A DNA stretch of 64,000 nucleotides, from positions 5,041 to 69,040 of the forward strand of contig CANQJB010000004.1 in NCBI GenBank assembly GCA_947624155.1, read 5' to 3'. The notes below the pieces were generated by a model. That model was not told where the DNA came from and did not search any database. It saw only the letters and a list, made by a program, of their open reading frames with translations. Positions 52,822 through 59,732 of this stretch are shown in pieces; position 1 is the stretch's first letter, and each line of letters starts with the position of its first letter. The DNA comes from an uncultured Clostridia bacterium. Its GTDB lineage: Bacteria > Bacillota > Clostridia > Oscillospirales > Ruminococcaceae. A program made the position numbers and the translations under genes.

Positions 52822-53628
52822 TCAATTTACAGGCACCGCGCCCGCCTGCGAGATGTACTGAGCCGCGTCCGCAGATGTCACAAAGTCGAAGAATTTTTGA
52901 GCCGCATCGGAAAGCTCGGTATCGTCTTTTGTCACCAGCACGAACGGGCGCTGAATGACGTAGCTGCCGTCCTTGACGGTGTCCTCGCTCGGCAAAACGC
53001 CGCCCACCGAAAGAGCCTTGACACCGTCGCCGACAGCCGCGAGGGAGGCGTAGCCGATAGCGTCGGGATTCTGCGAAACGGTGGTAATCACGTCGCCCGT
53101 CGAGGTCAGCTCCTGGCGGTATTTGCAGCCGTCCTCCGTGCCGGTGATTGATTCAAAACCGTCCCGCGTGCCGCTGCCCGCTTCGCGCCCGATGACGACG
53201 ATTTCGGCGTCGCTCCCGCCGATCTGCGACCAATTTGTAATCTCGCCCTTGTAAATTTTCGCGATCGTTTCCACGTCGAGGTCGCTGACCGAGTTCTGCG
53301 GATTGACGATGACCGCGATTCCGTCGTTCGCAATAACGGTTTCCGAGAGCCCGTCAGCCTTTTCCTCGGCTTTGAGATTGCGGCTTGAAAGCCCGATGTC
53401 GCACCGACCTTCCTTGACCGCTTGGATCCCCGAGCCGGAGCCGGTGGGGTTGTAGGTGAATGAAATGCCGTACTTTTCCTCAAACGCCTCGCCCAAAATG
53501 CCGATGACCTCCTCCATCGAGGTGGAGCCGTCGGTGGAAACCGTCCCGCCCTTTTGCGACGCCTGGCATCCTGCAAGCGCCGATACCGCCAGTGTAGCAG
53601 CAAGGGCTAATGTCAAAAATTTCTTCAT
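52822..53628 (-). CDS. pstS: phosphate-binding lipoprotein PstS
   Basis: I trimmed to MKKFLTLALAATLAVSALAGCQ.. (ATG at 53628 after AAGGAGA). ..GSGSGI.. and ..REAGSGTR.. motifs. Confidence 0.9.
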   Translation of the reverse strand: MKKFLTLALAATLAVSALAGCQASQKGGTVSTDGSTSMEEVIGILGEAFEEKYGISFTYNPTGSGSGIQAVKEGRCDIGLSSRNLKAEEKADGLSETVIANDGIAVIVNPQNSVSDLDVETIAKIYKGEITNWSQIGGSDAEIVVIGREAGSGTRDGFESITGTEDGCKYRQELTSTGDVITTVSQNPDAIGYASLAAVGDGVKALSVGGVLPSEDTVKDGSYVIQRPFVLVTKDDTELSDAAQKFFDFVTSADAAQYISQAGAVPVN

Positions 53629-53711
53629 CTTAAAATTCTCCTTTGCGTTTATTCCCTTTTTGGGTACAGCTATATGATAGCCTCGCAAAATCAAATCCGT
53701 TACCACGCTTG

Positions 53712-53728
53712 TGTAAAATGAATGTAAA
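53712..53728 (-). promoter_or_regulatory. Pho box (direct TTTACA repeats with 11-bp period) upstream of pstS
   Basis: Minus strand reads TTTACA ttcat TTTACA. This matches the Firmicutes PhoP consensus TT(A/T/C)ACA repeated about every 11 bp. It lies about 85-100 nt upstream of the pstS ATG. Confidence 0.6.
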
Positions 53729-53800
53729 ATCAGATGCATCGCTTATAAGCATAGGAAATAGCTTTTAAGAGCAAGATTTTACCGCGGGACCAAATTTGGC

Positions 53801-53892
53801 TATGCACGCGGGGTTTTGTCTGCAAGCACGAGCGGTCGGGCGTTTATGACCGCGAAGTGCGAGCAGCAACAAAACCGACTTGCATTATGCTC
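53801..53892 (+). repeat. 92-nt hairpin element, copy A
   Basis: Aligns with the reverse complement of 54195-54286 (74 of 92 positions identical by my alignment). Flanked directly by the 9-nt direct repeat AAATTTGGC (53792-53800 and 53893-53901). Confidence 0.8.
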
Positions 53893-53969
53893 AAATTTGG
53901 CGGCGCGGGAATCTTGTTGGAGTTTACTTTCAAAAAAGAAACTAAAATCTGCACCCATGTTAATTGCAG

Positions 53970-54006
53970 AAATAAGCCTTTCAGAAAACGCTGAAAGGCT
54001 TATTTT
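53970..54006. terminator. bidirectional rho-independent terminator
   Basis: aaataagcctttcag aaaacg ctgaaaggcttatttt: a perfect 15-bp stem with A/T runs. Confidence 0.75.
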
Positions 54007-54083
54007 ATGGGATTTTATGCATTATAGATACTTAACTTTTCCGCTCAATGCAGCACGCCGCACATGAGCGGTTTTTTGCTTAG

Positions 54084-54419
54084 ATTGTTATGCTTATGCT
54101 TGACACTATCTGCTCGCCGTCTGCCACAGTCCGTATCAACAGCACTGACATTCCAAAAGCAGCGGTTAGGGAGCGATTCTTGCAGCTTGACAGCGAGCAT
54201 AATGAAAGTTGGTTTTGTTGCCGTTCACACTTCGCAATCGTAAACGATTGATTGCTCGTGTTCACGGACAAAACCCCGCGTTCATACGAGTACGTCCTGT
54301 TCGCTATGGAGCGTTCAAAGCCTGAAATTAGGAATATTAGGGCATATTTACTGACTGCGTTATATAACGCTCCGGCAACAATGGACAGCTATTATTCTGC
54401 ACTCGTCAGCGAGATCTGA
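54084..54419 (+). pseudogene. 5'-truncated relic of a mobile-element replication/HTH-type gene (C-terminal motif ..IRNIRAYLLTALYNAPATMDSYY..), interrupted by hairpin element copy B
   Basis: Frame 0 reads IVMLMLDTICSPSATVRINSTDIPKAAVRERFLQLDSEH, then 84 nt containing a TGA, then YEYVLFAMERSKPEIRNIRAYLLTALYNAPATMDSYYSALVSEI*. An in-frame TAG sits at 54081 and there is no start codon. The family assignment is from memory of ICE-borne proteins. Confidence 0.6.
54195..54286 (-). repeat. 92-nt hairpin element, copy B (inverted relative to A)
   Basis: See copy A. This copy lies inside the relic ORF. The two ORF halves on either side are in the same frame. Confidence 0.8.
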
Positions 54420-54601
54420 ATTTGTAGTCAAGAGCCGAAGAAAACGCATTTTTTGGCTCGATTTAATCTTTACAATAACTCATCAAATGAGGGTATGCGG
54501 CGGGAAAATCGTAATTTTTATCAATTCAAGAGCCGAGAAAAATCGCCGAAAAACGCCCCCTTTTTGAAAATCAAGATAAATTTAAACAGGAGGTCAATTC
54601 T

Positions 54602-54890
54602 ATGAAAACAGGACTTACAAAATCCAAAAGACAACCGAGATTTGGTTCAACGAAAAAGAGCCGACGATTCACGTTCGCCTCACAATACCGACTTAAAAAA
54701 GCGGCTTGCCGCTTATGCCGAAAAGTTCCCGACCGAGTGCAAGCTGCTCGACGACGATCACGAGCTTGGCTGCATGGAGTTTGAAATCAAAAAAGGTCGG
54801 TTGTCGTTCAGACTGACGGAGCCGTACAGCAATGAGCGCAGGCGAATGGTGAGCGAGTATGCGAAGAAAAACGGACTGAAAGGGAGATGA
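54602..54890 (+). pseudogene. small conserved mobile-element gene carrying two apparent 1-nt deletions
   Basis: RBS AGGAGG then ATG at 54602. The protein-like reading hops frames: (M)ENRTYKIQKTTEIWFNEKEPTIHVR (frame +2), then HNTDLKKRLAAYAEKFPTECKLLDDDHELGCMEFEIKKGRLSFRLTEPYSNERRRMVSEYAKKNGLKGR* (frame +1). The ATG frame itself gives Arg-rich nonsense. Confidence 0.5.
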
Positions 54891-55051
54891 TTTGCTGTCG
54901 CGATATGTGTCGCAAATCGGGAAAATCTGCGCTGTGAGGCGTTCTGCGGGTATAGGCAGGGTAGTGTCGCACCGCTGAAAGTTTGTGAAAGGCTCCGCAG
55001 ACACTTTAAACAAAGCTGCAAATCTTGTCGCTGTTCTTAACTTCCCTTTAT

Positions 55052-55088
55052 GTACGTTTTCTCTAAAAAAGGAAACGTACTTTCTTTT
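55052..55088 (+). terminator. rho-independent terminator
   Basis: gtacgttt / aaacgtac stem followed by TTTCTTTT. Confidence 0.6.
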
Positions 55089-55293
55089 GTGAAAAAATAT
55101 CCCTAAAAAATTTTTCTCATATCCCAACCTTTTCGTCGAAATATTGTCTTATAATTGAAAGCTTTCGCGAAAGGATACATTACGGCAATGTTGCTCGGCA
55201 TTTTAACAGTGCAAAAAGATACAATCTATCTTTCGCGGTATTATGCGACCGCTTCGAGAGCGGAACATCAGGAATAGCAGCAAAGGAGGAGCT

Positions 55294-57081
55294 ATGAAAG
55301 AAAGCATCAAAATCCTTATCAAATCATTCAAACATAGTTTGAGCATAACATGCAGCGTTGGCAAAGTTTTGACCATTTTCTACATAGTTTTACAAATTAT
55401 AAATTCCACTTTGCCGCTCTTTATCACATTTGTTTTCAGCGGTTTTTTAGACGCGCTCGCCTATAACAAGAGTGAAAAAGAGACAACACTTTATTTGGCG
55501 TTCTTCTTCAGTGCTGCCGTGCTTTCATTATTTACCGGTAACTTATCACGGTATGTTGCCTCAACGCTTGCCGACAAGACCGGACGAGAATATGACAGGC
55601 GAATACTAAGAAAGCTGAATGAGCTGCCGCTGTCTGTTATAGATACCTCAAAAGGCAGGGACTTAATAGACAATGTTCAAAATTTTAAAGGACTTGCGAC
55701 TTCTGTCTTTTCTGACGCTTTGGGGATCTTCTCATCAATCTATTCGTTCATTATAGCATTTGCGGCAATATTTGTATATAATCCTTTGTTCGCAATAATA
55801 TTTGTTGTACTGACTATACCCGGCATCATCGTTGACAGCTACTTTTATAAGAAAAACACGGATCTTGCCATGAATGGCGTAATGGATACGCGTAAGTTTA
55901 ACTACTACAAGTGGATGCTTGTAGACTTGTGGCCGGGGCGTGACGTCAGAATGTATGACCTCACCGAGCCAATACTTAAGCGGCATATTGAAGAGATGGA
56001 CAAATACATAAATAAGCGTAAAAAGCTTGCTGATGCAGGCCTCAGAAGCGGATTGGGCTCAGAATTTATAAAGAGGAGCGGCGAAGTAGTATTTACGGTT
56101 TTCGTAATCGTTCAAGCGTTTCAAGGCGTTATCACCATAGGCGAGGTAGCTTTGTATATCGGATTTGCCCTCGGTATTTGTGAATCGTTCGCCGCAGCAG
56201 CAAGAGCAGTTGCCGATATGTTTATTGTTACCGCGCCGCATATGTCTTGGCTGTTTGAGTTCTTTGATATTCCCGGCGTTAATATAACAGACAAATCGAG
56301 TGATGTCAAATCATTTGAATCTATTGAGTTCAAAGATGTTTATTTTAAGTATCCTTTGCAGGAAAACTATGTTCTGAAAGGTGTGTCATTCAAATTAAAT
56401 AAAGGTGAGCGCATGTCTATCGTGGGAATCAATGGCGTGGGCAAGTCCACTATCATAAAACTGATTCTCGGTCTTTATGAGATAGAATCGGGGGAAATAC
56501 TGCTGAACGGACGCCCTATCGGAGAATATAATACGAAAGACCTGCACGCACTTTTCTCGGTTATGTTCCAGCAGTATGTGCAGTATCCGCTATCACTTCG
56601 TGAGAATGTTGCTCTATCGGCAGTAGAGAGCTTAAACGACGATGAGCGCATACTTGCAGCACTCAAACAAAGTTCCGCGCCGGAATTTCTCTTTAGCGAC
56701 ATAGATGTAAACATGACGCGCCAATTTGATGATAAGGGAGTGGAGCTTTCAAAGGGACAGTGGCAGTCAGTAGCACTTTCAAGAGTATTCTTCAAAGATG
56801 CACCCGTACTTATATTCGATGAACCTGCTGCGTCTTTAGACGCCGAGGCTGAGGACTATATCCTTGATAACTATATGAAACTGTCTTCGCAAAAAACAGG
56901 GATCATGATTTCGCACCGCATTTACGGAGCAAGGTTCTCAACAAAAATTATTGTTTTGCAAGACGGAAAAATTACTGAGTGCGGCACTCATGACGAACTT
57001 GTTGAAAAAAACGGTTTCTATTGTGAACTTTACAATCTGCAAAAGAGCAAATACATGAATGGAGAGGAGACAACGGCATGA
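55294..57081 (+). CDS. ABC exporter, fused permease/ATPase (island cargo, subunit 1)
   Basis: I trimmed to the ATG at 55294 (AAAGGAGGA upstream). 6 TM, then GINGVGKST, LSKGQWQS, VLIFDEP. AT-rich codon usage, unlike the flanking core genes. Confidence 0.85.
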   Translation: MKESIKILIKSFKHSLSITCSVGKVLTIFYIVLQIINSTLPLFITFVFSGFLDALAYNKSEKETTLYLAFFFSAAVLSLFTGNLSRYVASTLADKTGREYDRRILRKLNELPLSVIDTSKGRDLIDNVQNFKGLATSVFSDALGIFSSIYSFIIAFAAIFVYNPLFAIIFVVLTIPGIIVDSYFYKKNTDLAMNGVMDTRKFNYYKWMLVDLWPGRDVRMYDLTEPILKRHIEEMDKYINKRKKLADAGLRSGLGSEFIKRSGEVVFTVFVIVQAFQGVITIGEVALYIGFALGICESFAAAARAVADMFIVTAPHMSWLFEFFDIPGVNITDKSSDVKSFESIEFKDVYFKYPLQENYVLKGVSFKLNKGERMSIVGINGVGKSTIIKLILGLYEIESGEILLNGRPIGEYNTKDLHALFSVMFQQYVQYPLSLRENVALSAVESLNDDERILAALKQSSAPEFLFSDIDVNMTRQFDDKGVELSKGQWQSVALSRVFFKDAPVLIFDEPAASLDAEAEDYILDNYMKLSSQKTGIMISHRIYGARFSTKIIVLQDGKITECGTHDELVEKNGFYCELYNLQKSKYMNGEETTA

Positions 57082-58856
57082 GCGAAAAGAAATCGTTTTT
57101 GAATATTCTTTCAAATATCGCGCTCGGAATAAAGGTTGCATATGAATCGTCGCACCTGTACTTTATCCTGAAATGTCTGATACTGCTGTTTAACTCTGTC
57201 ATTCCGATAATCTCGATTTATCTGTGGAGGGTAATTATAAACGAAGTCGCGGGAAACAGAAATGCACGCTTGATAATCACCTTGCTTTCAATCTATCTGA
57301 TAATAAAAGTAATGACCTATTTCAGTTATAGTCTAAATAATTATGTGATAGACAGATATTGGGATTTCAGAACCAAGCATATGAACAAAATTATGCTCAG
57401 CAAGGTATCTCGCGTAAGTATCGCAGACCTCGAATCCTCGACCTTTTCTAATAAGCTTAATAATGTCCGATACAATTTCGGCGCTCTGCACGATGCGGCT
57501 TGGATACCGTTTGATATTCTGACCGATTTGGTCAATGTTATAAGCAGCTTTGTCATTTTGGCAGGTTTTAATGTGTGGTTGTCGCTGTTGACGGTTATCC
57601 TTTTGATACCTCACCTTGTCTACGGACAGCATTACGCAAAGAAGATGTATAATCTTCAAAACGAACAGGCAAAAGACAGGCGTATAATGGATTACTGCGA
57701 CGGGGTTTTCTTTGATAACGCCGTGCAGTTTGAAATAAAGCTCAATCACATCGGCAGATATTTTATCGACAAGGGCGAAGGAATATTCCAAAAGCTTTAC
57801 AAAGTCAGTCAGTCAAATCGCCGTAAGAATATGGTTATTGACAGTCTGCTTTCTGTGCTAAGTCATTTAGGAAAGCTTGTCGTTATATTGGTGTCGATGA
57901 ACGGATATGTTGTAGGACGGCTTGCAATAGGCGACCTGCAGTATAACATCAGTATAGCAGATAGGCTGCATTCAAATGTGGTGACGCTCATACGTGATAT
58001 TAACAGCTTTGCCGTCAACAACAAGCAGATCGACAACCTTCGCGAGTTTATGGCCATCAAAACCGAGGAGCAATCGAATGGCAGTATAATAGCACCCTCC
58101 TGCCCAAAAATCGAGTTTCGTAACGTTGCATTCAAATATCCAAATACAGATCATTATGTTTTAAAAGACTGTTCATTTACCATTGAGCCACACGAAAAAC
58201 TTGGACTTATCGGTCTGAATGGTGCGGGTAAATCTACGGTAATAAAGCTGCTGTTTCGCTTTTATGACCCCGATGAAGGGGAAATCCTGCTCGATGATAT
58301 TAACATCAAAGAGTACAATATTCACTCGGTCAGAAAGGTCTTTGGAGTGCTGTTTCAAGATTATGTAACCTACTGTCTGCCGCTTCGTGAGATTATTGCT
58401 CTGCCGGACTTTGACGAGCGATATAATGAAGAAAAATTAAAACGAGCTTGTGACATCAGCGGTGTCAGCTCAGTAATCAAGGATTGGGAAGATGGTTTTG
58501 ACAGTGTTCTTGGCAGATATTACGCAGATAACGGCAAGGACCTTTCGGGAGGGCAGTGGCAGCTGGTAGGACTTGCACGTGCCTATTTTAGGGACTGCGA
58601 AATAATGATTCTTGATGAACCTTCGGCAGCACTTGATCCAATAGCCGAGGATAGGATTTTTGAACAGTTGTATCACCTGAGCGATGGAAAAGGCGCGGTA
58701 ACTATCTCCCATAGGCTCTCAAACACAACTCTCGCCGATAAAATTATCGTTTTGAAAGATGGGCATATCATCGAGCAAGGTTCGCACAATGAGCTGCTCA
58801 ATACCGGCGGGGAATACGCAAGACTTTTTGAACTTCAGGCGAGTAAATATGAATAA
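57078..58856 (+). CDS. ABC exporter, fused permease/ATPase (island cargo, subunit 2)
   Basis: 592 aa. GLNGAGKST, LSGGQWQL, IMILDEP. Its start overlaps the preceding stop (ATGA). Confidence 0.85.
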   Translation: MSEKKSFLNILSNIALGIKVAYESSHLYFILKCLILLFNSVIPIISIYLWRVIINEVAGNRNARLIITLLSIYLIIKVMTYFSYSLNNYVIDRYWDFRTKHMNKIMLSKVSRVSIADLESSTFSNKLNNVRYNFGALHDAAWIPFDILTDLVNVISSFVILAGFNVWLSLLTVILLIPHLVYGQHYAKKMYNLQNEQAKDRRIMDYCDGVFFDNAVQFEIKLNHIGRYFIDKGEGIFQKLYKVSQSNRRKNMVIDSLLSVLSHLGKLVVILVSMNGYVVGRLAIGDLQYNISIADRLHSNVVTLIRDINSFAVNNKQIDNLREFMAIKTEEQSNGSIIAPSCPKIEFRNVAFKYPNTDHYVLKDCSFTIEPHEKLGLIGLNGAGKSTVIKLLFRFYDPDEGEILLDDINIKEYNIHSVRKVFGVLFQDYVTYCLPLREIIALPDFDERYNEEKLKRACDISGVSSVIKDWEDGFDSVLGRYYADNGKDLSGGQWQLVGLARAYFRDCEIMILDEPSAALDPIAEDRIFEQLYHLSDGKGAVTISHRLSNTTLADKIIVLKDGHIIEQGSHNELLNTGGEYARLFELQASKYE

Positions 58857-59004
58857 GTGAAAGGAGCGGTATTACTGACGATATCAAATTTGAGATTGAG
58901 CTTATCAAGCAGTTGGAAATCATTATCGACTATATCCTGATGCCGGTTGATAAATACCACGGCTGTAAAAGCAATAGAATATTTTGTCAGGCAAAAATGT
59001 CACA

Positions 59005-59039
59005 AGCGACCGACCTTAAAAAGTTGGTCGCTGTTTTTT
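59005..59039 (+). terminator. rho-independent terminator of the ABC pair
   Basis: agcgacc / ggtcgct stem followed by GTTTTTT. Confidence 0.65.
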
Positions 59040-59065
59040 ACCTATTTTTTGAAGGAGATGAGCTA

Positions 59066-59380
59066 ATGTCAAACGAAAAACTTGAAAAAATAGCAAAAGA
59101 GGAATATGTCTTGGAGAAGAAGCTGACCGCCGCCCAGCACAGGGAAAAGCGATTGAGGAACGAGTTGAAACTGCTGACCCGAAACGAGAGGACGCACCGT
59201 CTTTGCACCCGAGCAGGTATGTTGGAAACATTTTTGAGAGAGCCGACGCTTCTCACCGACGATGATGTCATGGAGCTTCTGACGTTTATTTTCAGCAAGG
59301 AAAGCGTTCAGAACAAGCTGAACGCGATGATTAAAATGCGGCAGGAAGAATGGGCGGCAGAAGCCGCTGAAAACACTTGA
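59066..59380 (+). CDS. small coiled-coil protein, DUF3847-like relaxase accessory (name from memory)
   Basis: 104 aa. MSNEKLEKIAKEEYVLEKKLTAAQHREKRLRNELKLLTRNERTHRLCTRAGMLE... RBS GAAGGAGA. This gene type typically precedes MobA/MobL relaxases in Clostridial mobilisable elements. Confidence 0.65.
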   Translation: MSNEKLEKIAKEEYVLEKKLTAAQHREKRLRNELKLLTRNERTHRLCTRAGMLETFLREPTLLTDDDVMELLTFIFSKESVQNKLNAMIKMRQEEWAAEAAENT

Positions 59381-59392
59381 CGTAAGACAAGT

Positions 59393-59530
59393 GCGCAATT
59401 ATACACCGCACGTCGTCGCAAGCTCCATATCTCTCGCCCCTCCGCAAGCGTTGGGGTTCGCTCATTACGCTGCTCCTCCTCTTCCCCAAAAATGCACGCA
59501 TTTTTGGGGACCCCGTCGTGGTGTATTGCG
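59393..59530 (+). other. GC-rich structured intergenic segment; candidate oriT
   Basis: Perfect 12-bp inverted repeat CCCCAAAAATGC ac GCATTTTTGGGG (59484-59509). It is nested in a longer imperfect inverted repeat (GCGCAATTATACACCGCACG at 59393-59412 versus CGTGGTGTATTGCG at 59517-59530). It lies between the accessory gene and the relaxase. Confidence 0.4.
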
Positions 59531-59732
59531 TCCTGCCGGAAGCCCCTTGCAGGGGGCCGATGATTTTATGCAAAAGGGTTTGCTACAATCATCCAAGGAA
59601 AGCTGCACTTCCCTTGCGCCGGTTTTCGCCGGCTATCCCTTTTTAAAATAAATCTATATTTACAGTAGAGCAGATAGTCATCAGATTATCTGCTCTTTTT
59701 ATTTATCCACAACCAGAAAGGAGCTTTTGAAA

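Noticed and set aside
53801-54286. Hairpin repeats as DGR template/variable repeats, retron msr-msd, a CRISPR remnant or tRNA-like genes
   Set aside because: Substitutions are not adenine-specific, and they are mostly paired transitions. No reverse transcriptase or cas gene is present, there are only two copies and they are inverted, and there is no cloverleaf.
54887-55040. Stand-alone Cys-rich small gene starting at the ATG at 54887
   Set aside because: The ATG frame closes after 16 codons and the Cys-rich frame has no start codon of its own. It is reported only as an observation in the frameshift finding.
58853-59065. Open frame ..TDDIKFEIELIKQLEIIIDYILMPVDKYHG.. upstream of and in frame with the DUF3847-like gene (ORF track 58913..59380)
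   Set aside because: It has no credible start: only ATT or TTG codons, without proper spacing. It spans the ABC operon terminator at 59005-39. The downstream ATG at 59066 has a strong RBS. It may be a gene fragment, but this cannot be supported.
59391-59651. 86-aa ORF in the relaxase upstream region
   Set aside because: It has no RBS and a Pro/Ala/Gly-rich implausible sequence. The region is better explained by nested inverted repeats (candidate oriT).
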